A DNA stretch of 64,000 nucleotides from Candidatus Effluviviaceae Genus I sp. (GCA_016867725.1 VGIX01000003.1:26866-90865); one strand, 5' to 3'; positions 1 to 9,754 are shown, counted from the stretch's first letter. Notes: generated by a model from the letters alone, not told the origin. Translations and numbers: made by a program.

Positions 1-33
1 TGAGCCGCCCCCGAGCGGCCGTCACATTGGCCC

Positions 34-62
34 TTGTCAGGGCTCGGCACGCGTGGTAGATT
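34..62 (+). promoter_or_regulatory. sigma70-type promoter for tRNA-Pro/acyltransferase operon
   Basis: TTGTCA-17 nt-TAGATT with TG extended -10, 9 nt upstream of the tRNA. Confidence 0.7.
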
Positions 63-71
63 CTGCGGTGT

Positions 72-149
72 CGGGGCGTAGCGCAGTCCGGTTAGCGCAC
101 TAGCATGGGGGGCTAGGGGTCGCTGGTTCGAATCCAGTCGCCCCGACCA
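72..149 (+). tRNA. tRNA-Pro(GGG)
   Basis: CGGGGCG acceptor stem, anticodon arm CTAGC-ATGGGGG-GCTAG, GGTTCGAATCC T-arm, encoded CCA. Confidence 0.95.
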
Positions 150-192
150 TCACGAGATCAAGGCCGCCGGGGCCGGAGCGGCAACGCGAGCG

Positions 193-1113
193 ATGTTTGC
201 TTACAACCTCTACAGGTTGGGAGCGTTCCTGGCCCTGAGGCTCTCTCTGCCCACCGCGCGCAGGATCGCCGCCGCGGTGGGCAGACTGTCGTGCGCCCTC
301 CAGAGACGCACGCGCAGGCACCTCATCGAGAACCTCCGGACCGCCTTCGGCGACACGATGTCGGAGCGCGAGCTGCGCGGGCTCCGCCTCCGCATCTACG
401 CCAACTTCGCCGTCTTCGTCGCCGACTTCCTCAGGTTCCCGTTCTTCACGCGCGACAACCTGGGCGAGTGGCTGACCGAGCGCAGCATCGAGGGCCTCGC
501 GAGGCTGCGTCAGACCGGGGCCGGGGGGCCGCTCGTCTTCCTCACCGCGCACCTCGGCAACTGGGAGCTCGGGGCGGCGGCCGTGGCGCTCGCGGTGACG
601 CCGCTCACCGTGCTCGCGGACACTCACCCGAGCCCGCGAGTCACCGCGTTCTTCAACGGACGGAGGGAGTCGAAGGGCTGCGCGGTCGTCACTGTGTCGT
701 CGTTCCACCGGTGCTTCAGGGCGCTCAAGGGCGGCGGCGCGGTCGCCATCGTCGGCGACCGACCGGTGACCGGACAGGGCATCCACGCGACGTTCATGGG
801 AAAGACGACGCTGGTCCCCGACGGACACGCCGTGCTGGCGCGCCGGCTCGGAGCGACGCTTGTTCCGTGTTTCCTTCTCATGACGGAGGACGGCCGGTAC
901 GATCTCCTCGTGGACGATCCGATCGTCCCGAGGACGACGGACGACGAGGCGGGCGACGTCCGCGACTGCGTGAACCGCTGTCTGACGGTGGTGGAGCGGC
1001 GCATCCGGGAGCATCCCGAGCAGTGGTACGTCTTTCGGCCCATCTGGGGCGGCGAGGCCGCCCGCACTGCGCGGGGGCGCAGGGGCGCGGCGCGGGTGAG
1101 GAGCGCGCGGTGA
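193..1113 (+). CDS. LpxL/HtrB-family (lipid A lauroyl-type / lysophospholipid) acyltransferase
   Basis: AHLGNWEL motif, VGDRP, C-terminal HPEQWYVFRPIW. Confidence 0.85.
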   Translation: MFAYNLYRLGAFLALRLSLPTARRIAAAVGRLSCALQRRTRRHLIENLRTAFGDTMSERELRGLRLRIYANFAVFVADFLRFPFFTRDNLGEWLTERSIEGLARLRQTGAGGPLVFLTAHLGNWELGAAAVALAVTPLTVLADTHPSPRVTAFFNGRRESKGCAVVTVSSFHRCFRALKGGGAVAIVGDRPVTGQGIHATFMGKTTLVPDGHAVLARRLGATLVPCFLLMTEDGRYDLLVDDPIVPRTTDDEAGDVRDCVNRCLTVVERRIREHPEQWYVFRPIWGGEAARTARGRRGAARVRSAR

Positions 1114-1781
1114 GGATCGTGGTCGTCATCCCCTGCAAGAACGTCGAGGAGACGATCGGGCGCCTCGTCGGCCGGATCCGGGAGGTCGCCCCCGCGCTGG
1201 ACGCCCTGGTCGTGGACGACGGCTCCGACGACCGCACCGGCGCCGTCGCCCGGGAGGCGGGGGCGTCGGTCGTCCGTCACGAGGTGAACCGGGGGAAGGG
1301 CGCGGCCCTGAAGACAGGCTTCGCCTGCGCCGCCGAGCGCGGGTACGACGCGGTCGTCACGATGGACGGCGATCTCCAGCACGACCCGGCGGCGCTCCCG
1401 GCGTTCGTCGAGGCGCTCGAGAAGGAGGGCGCGGACATCGTGGTCGGGTCGCGCATGCGGGCCGTCGGCGCGATGCCCGCCATCAGGATCTGGACGAACC
1501 GGACGACCTCCCGCATCGTGTCGCGTCTGGCCGGCCAGGACATCCCGGACAGCCAGAGCGGATACCGCATTCTGAGGACCGACGTCGTGAGGGACCTTCC
1601 GCTCGTGACGTCGCGGTACGACACGGAGTCGGAGATCCTCATCCGCGCCGCTCGGCGGGGCGCGAGGATATCGTCCATCCCGATCGAGTCCATCTACGCG
1701 GGCGGCGTCAGTCACATCAACCCGTTCGTGGACACGCTCCGCTTCGTGAGGCTCGTGCTGCTCAGTCTCTTCTGGCGATAG
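1110..1781 (+). CDS. Glycosyltransferase family 2 (polyprenol-phosphate hexosyltransferase-like)
   Basis: GTG start overlapping upstream TGA; VVDDGSDDRT, NRGKG, TMDGDLQHDP, DSQSGYR motifs. Confidence 0.9.
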   Translation: MRIVVVIPCKNVEETIGRLVGRIREVAPALDALVVDDGSDDRTGAVAREAGASVVRHEVNRGKGAALKTGFACAAERGYDAVVTMDGDLQHDPAALPAFVEALEKEGADIVVGSRMRAVGAMPAIRIWTNRTTSRIVSRLAGQDIPDSQSGYRILRTDVVRDLPLVTSRYDTESEILIRAARRGARISSIPIESIYAGGVSHINPFVDTLRFVRLVLLSLFWR

Positions 1782-1801
1782 GAGGCCTCCTGGACAAGCC
1801 C

Positions 1802-2596
1802 GTGATCCTCGTCAGCAACGACGACGGCGTCCGCGCGCCCGGCATCGCCGCGCTGCACCGCGCGCTCCTGCCGCTCGGTCGAGTGATCGTCGTCGCGCCG
1901 GACCGCGAGCGGAGCGCGTCGAGCCACTCGCTCACGCTCGACGTGCCGCTTCGTGCCAACCGGCTGTCCGACGACGTCGTGAGCGTCGAGGGCACGCCGA
2001 CCGACTGCGTGCTTCTGGCGGTCAAGAACCTGCTGCCGGAGCGCCCGGCGCTCGTGGTCTCGGGCGTCAACCGCGGTCCGAACATGGGGCACGACGTCAC
2101 GTACTCGGGAACCGTCGCCGCGGCGATGGAGGCCACGATCCTCGGCATTCCGGCGGTTGCCGTCTCGCTGGCCCGCTCGCCCGACGGCGCGTTCGACTAC
2201 GGACCGGCGGCGGAGGTCGCGGCGGGGGTCGCGTCCCTCGTGCTCGAGCGGGGGCTCCCGCCGGGCACGCTCCTCAACGTCAACGTCCCGAACGTGCCGT
2301 CCGGGGGCATCGGGGGCGTCGCCCTCACGAGGCTCGGGAAGCAGGTGTACGAGGACTCGGTCGTGAAGAAGACCGATCCGCGGGGACGGGAGTACTACTG
2401 GATCGGCGGACAGAGCTCCGCGACGCCGAGCGGGCCCGGGACCGACTTCGAGGCGGTCGCAAGTGGGCTCGTGTCCGTGACGCCCGTCCATCTCGACCTT
2501 ACCGACCACGGGTCGCTCGCGGCGCTCCGGGACTGGCCCCTGGCGGATGCGCTCGGGCCCCGCGCCGCGGCGGGCCGGGGCGAGGCGAAGTCGTGA
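1802..2596 (+). CDS. surE: 5'/3'-nucleotidase SurE (start may be CTG at 1790)
   Basis: ILVSNDDG, GTPTDC, SGVNRGPN, YSGTVAAA motifs; followed by pcm. Confidence 0.95.
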   Translation: MILVSNDDGVRAPGIAALHRALLPLGRVIVVAPDRERSASSHSLTLDVPLRANRLSDDVVSVEGTPTDCVLLAVKNLLPERPALVVSGVNRGPNMGHDVTYSGTVAAAMEATILGIPAVAVSLARSPDGAFDYGPAAEVAAGVASLVLERGLPPGTLLNVNVPNVPSGGIGGVALTRLGKQVYEDSVVKKTDPRGREYYWIGGQSSATPSGPGTDFEAVASGLVSVTPVHLDLTDHGSLAALRDWPLADALGPRAAAGRGEAKS

Positions 2597-3243
2597 GAGA
2601 CTGGGACGCGCTTCGCGCCAGGATGGTCGAGGAGCAGATCGCCGCCCGGGGCATCTCGGACGAGCGGGTGCTCGCGGCCATGCGCGCGGTACCCAGGCAC
2701 CTCTTCGTGGGGCCCGGGTTCGAGGACTCGGCCTACGGCGACCACGCGCTTCCGATCGGGGAGGGGCAGACGATCTCGCAGCCGTACATGGTCGCCCTCA
2801 TGACACAGGAGCTCGCCCTCGACGGCAGCGAGAAGGTGCTGGAGGTCGGGACGGGCTCCGGGTACCAGACGGCCGTGCTCGCGGAACTCGTCGACCGCGT
2901 CGTGAGCGTCGAGCGCGTCGCGTCGCTCGCGCGGCGCGCCCAGGAGACCATCGAGTCCCTGGGCATCGCGAACGTCATCGTCCACATCGGCGACGGGACC
3001 ATCGGGCTTTCGGAGTTCGCGCCGTACGACCGCATCCTCGTGACGGCGGGCGCGCCCGAGGTGCCGCAGAGCCTGCTCGAGCAGCTCGCCGACCCCGGGA
3101 TCATCGTGATCCCCGTCGGCGGCCAGGGCTTCCAGGAGCTCAGGGTGATCCGCCGCCGCGCCGGCTCGCTCTCGGAGCGCAACGCGGGCGGCTGCGTGTT
3201 CGTGCCGCTCCTCGGCCGTGAGGGCTGGGGCGCGGCGAGATAG
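2593..3243 (+). CDS. pcm: Protein-L-isoaspartate O-methyltransferase
   Basis: VPRHLFV, GQTISQPY, VLEVGTGSGYQ, APYDRILVTAG, FVPL; surE-pcm synteny. Confidence 0.95.
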   Translation: MRDWDALRARMVEEQIAARGISDERVLAAMRAVPRHLFVGPGFEDSAYGDHALPIGEGQTISQPYMVALMTQELALDGSEKVLEVGTGSGYQTAVLAELVDRVVSVERVASLARRAQETIESLGIANVIVHIGDGTIGLSEFAPYDRILVTAGAPEVPQSLLEQLADPGIIVIPVGGQGFQELRVIRRRAGSLSERNAGGCVFVPLLGREGWGAAR

Positions 3244-3255
3244 GAGGGCGCGGGG

Positions 3256-3756
3256 GTGCTCGAGGCGCTCGCTGAGATGTGGAACGGTCTGTCGCCCGAG
3301 GCTCGCCTCAGGGTGAAGGTGTTCGCGCTGTCGGCGCTCCCCGTCGCGGAGCTTCGCGGCGGGATCCCGCTCGGCGTCGGTTCCGGCATGCCGTGGCGGG
3401 AGGCGTTCCTCGTCGCGGCGGCCGGGAACCTCGCGCCGGTCATCCCGCTCCTCTTCGCGCTCGGGCCGATGACGAGGTTCCTCGAGCGCTGGGCCTTCGC
3501 GCGGCGCGTCATCGAGGCTGTCTTCGCGCGGACGCGCAGGCGGAGCGGCCTCATCGAGCGGTACGAGGCGATCGGCCTCGCGCTCTTCGTGGCCGTGCCG
3601 CTCCCGATGACGGGCGCCTGGACGGGGGTGCTCGCCGCCCACCTCCTCGGCGTGCGGCCGAGGTACGCGGTCCCGGCGGTCGTCGCGGGGGTGGTCATCG
3701 CGGGGGTCATCGTCACCCTGGCCTCGCAAGGGGTCTTGCATCTGTGGCGGCTCTAG
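3256..3756 (+). CDS. Small multi-drug export family membrane protein (COG2426-like)
   Basis: PVAELRGGIPLG and FVAVPLPMTGAWTG motifs; hydrophobic. Confidence 0.8.
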   Translation: MLEALAEMWNGLSPEARLRVKVFALSALPVAELRGGIPLGVGSGMPWREAFLVAAAGNLAPVIPLLFALGPMTRFLERWAFARRVIEAVFARTRRRSGLIERYEAIGLALFVAVPLPMTGAWTGVLAAHLLGVRPRYAVPAVVAGVVIAGVIVTLASQGVLHLWRL

Positions 3757-3764
3757 TGTAGCAT
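3736..3764 (+). promoter_or_regulatory. sigma70-type promoter for tRNA-Pro(CGG)
   Basis: TTGCAT-17 nt-TAGCAT, 12 nt upstream of the tRNA. Confidence 0.55.
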
Positions 3765-3776
3765 CGCAGTTCACGT

Positions 3777-3854
<78 letters not shown>

Positions 3855-3873
3855 TCCCACAAGGGAGGCACGG

Positions 3874-4347
3874 ATGTCGCCTCGCCCTGTGAGGATCACG
3901 GTGGTCGGTGCCGGCCGCTGTGACGAGAAGACCGCTTCGATCGCCGAGCGCGTTGGCAGGGAGGTCGCTCGCCGGGGCGGTGTTCTCATTTGTGGTGGCC
4001 TCGGCGGCGTCATGGAGGCCGCGGCGCGCGGCGCGAGCGAGGCCGGCGGGCTCACCGTGGGCATCCTCCCCGGTCCGGACGCCGCGGCGGCGAATCCGCA
4101 CATCGCCATCCCCATCGCGACAGACCTCGGACACGCGAGGAACGCCGTGAACGTGCGGGCAGCCGACGCGGTCGTGGCGGTCGAGGGCGGGTACGGGACG
4201 CTCTCAGAGGTCGCGCTCGCGCTGGCGATGGGCATCCCCGTCGTGTCGCCGGCGGACGCCGCGGCCGCGCCGGACGTCGTGCGCGCGGCATCGGCCGAGG
4301 ACGCCGTGGCGACGGCGTTCGCCCTCGCCGAGGGCCGCAGGTCGTGA
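3874..4347 (+). CDS. TIGR00725 / LOG-family Rossmann-fold protein
   Basis: CGGLGGVMEAA, GHARN, GGYGTLSE motifs. Confidence 0.85.
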   Translation: MSPRPVRITVVGAGRCDEKTASIAERVGREVARRGGVLICGGLGGVMEAAARGASEAGGLTVGILPGPDAAAANPHIAIPIATDLGHARNAVNVRAADAVVAVEGGYGTLSEVALALAMGIPVVSPADAAAAPDVVRAASAEDAVATAFALAEGRRS

Positions 4348-5084
4348 CGGCCTCCCGCGCGAGCGGGCGCTTCCGCGCGAGGCTCGCTCTCGGGCTCGCG
4401 GTCGTCGCCCTCGGTCTTGCGGCGACCTCGTGCACGCCGCTCCCGCCGCGCCAGCGCGCCGCGACGGCTCCTCCGGCCGGCCCCGGCGCGCACCACGTGG
4501 TGGCGGGCGGGGAGACCCTCTGGCGCATCGCGAAGGCCTACGGCGTCTCGGTGACGGAGATCAAGGAGGCCAACGGCCTGCGCGACGACACCATCCTCGT
4601 CGGGCAGCGGCTGTTCATCCCGGGAGCTTCGCGCGCGGTCGTCGCGGCGCCGCGGAGGCCGACGGAAGAACCGAGGCAGGCGGGCGACCTCGCGTTCGCG
4701 TGGCCGCTTGCCGGACGGAACAGAGCGTCCGTCAGAAGCCCGTTCGGGACGCGGACCGACCCCATCAACAAGAGCAGGACGTTCCACCAGGGCATCGACA
4801 TCGAGGCGGCGCACGGCGAGCGGGTGTTGGCGGCGGCCGACGGCGAGGTGGTGTTCGCAAGCCGCATGAGCGGATACGGCACGGTCGTCATGGTGGACCA
4901 CGGCAGCCGCACGATCACGCTCTACGCGCACCTGTCGCGGGCCGTCGTCGACATCGAGGAGAGGGTGCAGCGCGGACAGACGGTCGGGTACGTCGGAAGC
5001 GACGGTCGCGCGACCGGCCCGCACCTCCACTTCGAGGTCAGGGTCAGGGGCGCGTCGGTCGATCCGCTGGACCGCCTTCCGTGA
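4344..5084 (+). CDS. LysM + M23 peptidase lipoprotein (NlpD-like)
   Basis: Lipobox-like LAATSC, LysM ([12 protein letters not shown]), M23 motifs HQGID and GPHLHFEVR; GTG start overlapping upstream stop. Confidence 0.9.
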   Translation: MTASRASGRFRARLALGLAVVALGLAATSCTPLPPRQRAATAPPAGPGAHHVVAGGETLWRIAKAYGVSVTEIKEANGLRDDTILVGQRLFIPGASRAVVAAPRRPTEEPRQAGDLAFAWPLAGRNRASVRSPFGTRTDPINKSRTFHQGIDIEAAHGERVLAAADGEVVFASRMSGYGTVVMVDHGSRTITLYAHLSRAVVDIEERVQRGQTVGYVGSDGRATGPHLHFEVRVRGASVDPLDRLP

Positions 5085-5115
5085 CCGCGGAGCGTCGGGC
5101 GAGCGGGGGAGGACC

Positions 5116-5655
5116 ATGAGCGCAGACACGAGGACCGATCTCAGGAGCCTCATCCGGAGCGTCCCGGGTTTCCCGAAGACCGGGATCGTCTTCCGGGACA
5201 TCACGACGCTCGCCAAGGACCCGCGGGGCCTCAGGGCCGCCGTCGATGCGATCGCCGCTCGCTACGAGAAGGAGCGCATCGACGTCGTCGTGGGCATCGA
5301 GGCGCGCGGGTTCATCTTCGGGGCCGCCGTCGCGTACCGGCTCGGCGTGGGGTTCGTTCCAGCCCGCAAGCCGGGGAAGCTCCCGGCGGAGACCGTGCGC
5401 GCCGAGTACGCCCTCGAGTACGGGACCGACGCCATCGAGATGCACCGCGACGCCGTCGCGCCCGGGCAGCGCGTCCTCATCGTGGACGACCTCCTCGCCA
5501 CGGGAGGCACGGCGGCCGCCGCGGTGAAGCTCGTCGAGTCGCTCGGAGGAGAGGTCGCCGCGCTGGCCTTCGTCGTCGATCTCGCGTTCCTCAAGGGCCG
5601 CGACAAGCTGAGTGGCTACGACGTCTTCCGTCTGGTAGAATACGACTCGGAATAG
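5116..5655 (+). CDS. apt: Adenine phosphoribosyltransferase
   Basis: [39 protein letters not shown]. Confidence 0.95.
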   Translation: MSADTRTDLRSLIRSVPGFPKTGIVFRDITTLAKDPRGLRAAVDAIAARYEKERIDVVVGIEARGFIFGAAVAYRLGVGFVPARKPGKLPAETVRAEYALEYGTDAIEMHRDAVAPGQRVLIVDDLLATGGTAAAAVKLVESLGGEVAALAFVVDLAFLKGRDKLSGYDVFRLVEYDSE

Positions 5656-5700
5656 GCTTGCGCGACGCGTGCGACCTCGGCGCGTCTGCTGACGTTGCGG

Positions 5701-5777
5701 GCCCCCGTAGCTCAGGTGGATAGAGCAACGGTTTCCTAAACCGTGTGCCGCAGGTTCAAGTCCTGCCGGGGGTACCA
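5701..5777 (+). tRNA. tRNA-Arg(CCT)
   Basis: GCCCCCG acceptor, anticodon arm ACGGT-TTCCTAA-ACCGT, GGTTCAAGTCC, encoded CCA. Confidence 0.95.
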
Positions 5778-5783
5778 CATGCC

Positions 5784-5815
5784 GGGGCCCGCTCTGGGAG
5801 CGGGCCCCTTTCTTT
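5784..5815 (+). terminator. Intrinsic terminator after tRNA-Arg
   Basis: GGGGCCCGCTC-TGG-GAGCGGGCCCC perfect stem followed by TTTCTTT. Confidence 0.85.
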
Positions 5816-5870
5816 GTCCCGCGGGCCGGGCGCCCGGCCTCACGGCAGACGCGGTCACGCGGCCGCGTCC

Positions 5871-5915
5871 GAAAGCGAAGGCCCCGGCAGGCGGCGCCCG
5901 CCGGGGCCTCTTCGC
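5871..5915 (-). terminator. Probable terminator of the protease gene
   Basis: GC-rich inverted repeat (GCGAAGGCCCCGGC...GCCGGGGCCTCTTCGC) 25 nt past the stop, short U tail on - strand. Confidence 0.55.
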
Positions 5916-5939
5916 GATGTCCGTCCTCGTCGTCCGCTC

Positions 5940-8447
5940 CTACCTCACGAGCGCCATCCGGCCGACCTCGGTCACGTCGCCCGCGCGGAGGCGGCAGAAG
6001 TAGACGCCCGACGCGGCGTCGGCGCCGGAGGCGTCCTGCCCGTCCCACGACACGGCATGCTCGCCGGCGCCCAGCTCACCGTCCACGAGCTGCCGCACGA
6101 GCCTCCCGGCCACGTCGTAGATCGCGAGGTCGACGTGACCCCGCGAAGGCAGCGCGAACCGCACCGACGTCCGCGGGCTGAACGGGTTCGGGTAGTTGGG
6201 CGTGAGGAGGAGGCGCGGGGCCGCGGGGCCTTCAGCCACGCTGCTCTGGCTCTCCTCGATCCCCCAGATCTCAACGTCGTCGATGTTCCAGCCGCAGTAC
6301 CGCCAGCTCGAGTCGGTCGTCCCCATCGTCCACCTGAGATAGACCGTCTCCTGCCCGTCGGCAACGGCTGAGATGTCGATCTCCTGCAGCGACCAGGCGG
6401 TCTCCGCGATGGTCCCGCCGTTCTGCCACACGGTCGTGAAGTTCGTGCCGTCGTTGCTGACCCTCACGTACGCGTGATCGTAGATGCTCTGCTCCACGCC
6501 GAGCCAGCGGCGGAACTTGAGCGTCACCGACGACAGAGCGGAGCAGTCGATGGCGGTGGACGTGAGGTGGCGTTCCGGCAGGTTGTTCTCGTAGTCGCCG
6601 CTCAGGTTGTAGCCGTACACGTTCGTGCCGGTGTAGCCGCTCATCGGATCCGGCCCGCCGTACTGGCCGCCGCCGCCGGTCGGCCTCCCGTAGGCCCAGA
6701 GACCCTGCGTCGTCCAGCCCGGGTCCAAGTCCATCGAGAAGCTGTGCACGAGCGTCGGCGCCCCGACGGTCAGAGTGACGCCCCTCGAGGTGTCGCCCAC
6801 GTGGTCCGTCGTGTTGATGAACTGAACGAGGTCGGTGTACGTGCCGTTCCCGAGCGTGTTGGCCGCCGCGTTGATGGACACCGTGACGTCCGCGGTCGCG
6901 TGGCCCTCGAGGTGCCCCGACGCGCTCGAGAGCGTGACCCACGGCTGCGTCTTCGTCACCGCGTAGTCGATGCGGGTGTCGTACTGGTTCTCCAGCGTGT
7001 ACGTCACGCTGGACGGGGTGAAGGGGCCGCCGGCATCGCCTGCCGCGGCGAGGCCTGAGGACGGCGTCACCTTGAGCCCCGCCGCGTTCGGGTCATAGAG
7101 GTCCGTCGTGGTCGCTCCCGTGCTCGCGGGGTCAAGCCAGTTCGACAGGCGGGTCGAGCTCGTGCCGCCGCCGGTCCAGGACAACGAGAAGCTGCCGTAC
7201 CAGTCGGAGGAGTTGTTGCCGCACGCCGCGTAGCCGCCGTGCAGCTGGCCGATGACGCGGTGGTTCTGGTCGAACAGCGGGCTTCCCGACGACCCGGGCT
7301 CCGTCGTGCCCTCGTCCCAGTCCACAACGCGAACGTGCGAGCCGTCACCCGGCGACGAGGTCCCGAGGTAGCTCGTGATCTGCGTCGGGTCGTTCTCGAA
7401 GCTGATGCACTTCACGCCGGTGTCGGGGTGGTGGATGGCCGTGGCGGTGGCCGCGACCGCTCCCGTCCTGTCCCAGCCCGCGAACGTGACGCCCCACGAC
7501 GGGTTCGGGTCCTCGTCGAGCTCCACGAGGGTGAAGTCCGAGTTGGAGTAGGAGGCCCTGAAGTACGAGCCCGTCTGGGAGCTCGACAGCGAGCCCCCGC
7601 TCAGCTGCCCGCACACCGGGCTCTGGTAGTTCCAGTACACGACGAGCGAGGCGGCGTTGCTGGACGTGACCCCGCAGTGCCTGGCCGTCATGAAGTAGGG
7701 CACGCCGTTCGACGAGGTGTTGTTCACCATGAAGCCGGTGCAGAAGAGCGAGCCGCCGGTCGAGATGACGCCCACGGAGCGGATGTCATCCCGCCAGCGA
7801 TCGCCCTGCGGGCAGATCACGTCGATGTTGCACGAGCCCGGAGCGCGGGACAGCAGCTCGCCGAAGCCCCGGTATCCCACGTTGACCGACGTGAGCGTCA
7901 GGGCGAGGGCCGGGACGGCCTTGGTCGGCACGGTCGCCTCGATCACGATGTCGTCCGAGAGGACGACCGGCGTCCACAGCTCGCCGTGCTCCGCGTTGTC
8001 GGCCGCCGTGAACGGCCTGAGGACCTCGCCCATGTCCGCGGCGTAGACCATGAGCCTGCCGCCCTCGGGCATGCGGTAGGTCGTGAAGCCCAGGTTGAGC
8101 GACAGGGCGCCGGGGGAGGTGATGCGCAGGCGCCAGAGGCTCACGCCTCCGTCGAGCTCCTCCCACGACCCGTGGGTCGCCGGGGTCATCGAGACGGGGT
8201 GGGGAACCGCGTACCGCGGCGCCAGACCCTGCCGGTCGCGCTCCTCGTCCTCGATGGCGAGGGCGTCGCGATCGAGCGGGGCGATGGACAGCTGCTCGAC
8301 GGACTCGAGCGCCGCCACGGGGAAGTCCGCCGCAGTGGGGGAGACCGGCTCGGAGGCGCCGTGCGCCACGCGGGGGAGGACAAGGACGGTGACGGCCAGA
8401 ACAGAGGCCAGAACGGCCACGGGACACAGGCTTCGACGGCTGCTCAC
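5940..8447 (-). CDS. Secreted trypsin-fold (lysyl endopeptidase-like) serine protease with BACON-like, beta-sandwich and C-terminal FlgD/T9SS-like domains
   Basis: AGGAGGA RBS then GTG at 8447; signal peptide; catalytic triad motifs TARHC, SDFTL, GSSGSP; C-terminal PNPFSPRT...GVYFCRL. Confidence 0.85.
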   Translation of the reverse strand: MSSRRSLCPVAVLASVLAVTVLVLPRVAHGASEPVSPTAADFPVAALESVEQLSIAPLDRDALAIEDEERDRQGLAPRYAVPHPVSMTPATHGSWEELDGGVSLWRLRITSPGALSLNLGFTTYRMPEGGRLMVYAADMGEVLRPFTAADNAEHGELWTPVVLSDDIVIEATVPTKAVPALALTLTSVNVGYRGFGELLSRAPGSCNIDVICPQGDRWRDDIRSVGVISTGGSLFCTGFMVNNTSSNGVPYFMTARHCGVTSSNAASLVVYWNYQSPVCGQLSGGSLSSSQTGSYFRASYSNSDFTLVELDEDPNPSWGVTFAGWDRTGAVAATATAIHHPDTGVKCISFENDPTQITSYLGTSSPGDGSHVRVVDWDEGTTEPGSSGSPLFDQNHRVIGQLHGGYAACGNNSSDWYGSFSLSWTGGGTSSTRLSNWLDPASTGATTTDLYDPNAAGLKVTPSSGLAAAGDAGGPFTPSSVTYTLENQYDTRIDYAVTKTQPWVTLSSASGHLEGHATADVTVSINAAANTLGNGTYTDLVQFINTTDHVGDTSRGVTLTVGAPTLVHSFSMDLDPGWTTQGLWAYGRPTGGGGQYGGPDPMSGYTGTNVYGYNLSGDYENNLPERHLTSTAIDCSALSSVTLKFRRWLGVEQSIYDHAYVRVSNDGTNFTTVWQNGGTIAETAWSLQEIDISAVADGQETVYLRWTMGTTDSSWRYCGWNIDDVEIWGIEESQSSVAEGPAAPRLLLTPNYPNPFSPRTSVRFALPSRGHVDLAIYDVAGRLVRQLVDGELGAGEHAVSWDGQDASGADAASGVYFCRLRAGDVTEVGRMALVR

Positions 8448-8536
8448 GGCGATTCCTCCTGCCATCCGCGGAACCGAGACGGAGCGTCCGGCAGGCCGCG
8501 GCGCGCCGACCGGACGTGAACCGGCTTCTCCAGACA

Positions 8537-8565
8537 ATGTTACCAGATTGGGCGCGCCGCGTCCA
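8537..8565 (-). promoter_or_regulatory. sigma70-type promoter for the protease
   Basis: TGGACG-17 nt-TAACAT with TG extension on - strand. Confidence 0.45.
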
Positions 8566-8660
8566 GAGCCGGTCCGGCCGCATGCGGCGGACCACGCGCG
8601 CGCGGCGGCGCCGTCCCCGCTCCTTGACCGCCGCCGCGACTTCTGCGAGACTCGCGCTCC

Positions 8661-9356
8661 ATGGACGCCCTGAACGCGCGCAGCACGCCCGCGCCGCTCT
8701 CGCCGAGCGGCGCGACGACGCGATGGGAGCGGATCGGCGGTGCGTTCTTCCGGGCGCGGAGCGTCACGCCGATCGGCATCCTCGCGGCCGCGCTGCTCTG
8801 GCCGACGCCGGGAGGCCTGACGGCCGCGAGGCTCGCCGGGGCGGCCGCGCTGCTCGTCGCGGGCGAGGCGCTGCGCCTGTGGGCCGTAGGGGTGGCGGGG
8901 AAGCTCACGAGGACGAGAGGCTCCAACGTGAAGGGGCTCGTCACGTCGGGCCCCTTCGGCTTCGTGCGAAACCCGCTCTACCTGGGCAACTTCGCCATCG
9001 CGGGCGGCGTCGCCGTGCTCTCGAAGGTCGGGTGGCTCCTGTGGGCGATGCCGCTCCTCTTCGCCCTCCAGTACGCGGCCATCGTCGCCTGGGAGGAGCG
9101 CGTCCTCGCTCAGGCGTTCGGCGAGGCGTACGACGACTACCGGCGGGGCGTGAGGCGCTGGGTGCCGTCGCCGCGGCGGTACCGCGGCGCGGCCGGCCCG
9201 GCGTGGGCGGCCGGCATCGCGTGGAGGAGCGAGCGCGACACCCTCGTCGGCCTCGCCGCCGTCGTCGCGCTGTTGGTCGTGAAACACCTCGCAGCGCACG
9301 GGAGCATCGCCGCGTTCTGGCTGGGCGCGGCGCGGGCACTGGGGATGGCACGGTGA
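8661..9356 (+). CDS. Isoprenylcysteine carboxyl methyltransferase / phospholipid methyltransferase family membrane protein
   Basis: LVTSGPFGFVRNPLYLG and EERVL...FGEAYDDYRRGVRRW motifs. Confidence 0.85.
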   Translation: MDALNARSTPAPLSPSGATTRWERIGGAFFRARSVTPIGILAAALLWPTPGGLTAARLAGAAALLVAGEALRLWAVGVAGKLTRTRGSNVKGLVTSGPFGFVRNPLYLGNFAIAGGVAVLSKVGWLLWAMPLLFALQYAAIVAWEERVLAQAFGEAYDDYRRGVRRWVPSPRRYRGAAGPAWAAGIAWRSERDTLVGLAAVVALLVVKHLAAHGSIAAFWLGAARALGMAR

Positions 9357-9406
9357 AGGTCCGGGCGGCGCGAGCCCGGCAGCAAGCGACAGGGAGGAGG
9401 ACCAGG

Positions 9407-9754
9407 ATGAAGTCAGCGCCGAAGTCCGAGCGGGTTCCCGCGCCGGTGACGATGCCGGGCGCGGAGGGCGTCAAGGCGGCGAAGCTCATCGGAGCGGACG
9501 AGAAGTCGCCGACGGTGGGCATGCGGCTCTTCGAGATCGCCCCCGGTGGGAAGACCCCGTGGCACGCCCACGGCTGGGAGCACGTGATCTACGGCGTCGA
9601 GGGGCAGGGGGCGCTCAAGACGGAGCACGGGGACGCGCCGTTCGGGCCGGGCGACTCCCTGCTCGTTGAGCCGGACGAGCAGCACAACTTCGTGAACACC
9701 GGGACGGGCACGCTGCGGTTCATCTGCGTCGTCCCACTGCGCGGAGACATGTAG
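9407..9754 (+). CDS. Cupin-domain protein
   Basis: GGAGGAGG RBS; cupin motifs PGGKTPWHAHGWEH and PDEQHNF. Confidence 0.85.
   Translation: MKSAPKSERVPAPVTMPGAEGVKAAKLIGADEKSPTVGMRLFEIAPGGKTPWHAHGWEHVIYGVEGQGALKTEHGDAPFGPGDSLLVEPDEQHNFVNTGTGTLRFICVVPLRGDM

Noticed and set aside
40-53. 14-mer GGGCTCGGCACGCG upstream of tRNA-Pro also occurs on the - strand upstream of tRNA-Arg(CCG) (~49290-49303)
   Set aside because: The distances to the tRNAs differ, and the second copy encodes the DUF362 LGLGTR peptide. Likely chance in GC-rich DNA.
5940-9299. Long N-terminal extensions in the ORF track (protease, pyrC, purH, nucleotide-sugar dehydrogenase, rny, xseA, permease)
   Set aside because: The extensions overlap neighbouring real genes. 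RBS-supported downstream starts give normal family lengths, so these are not fusions.
5777-9754. Possible genomic island integrated at tRNA-Arg(CCT), since the protease is the only left-arm gene on the - strand
   Set aside because: No integrase, no duplicated tRNA 3' end seen, and composition resembles the flanks.
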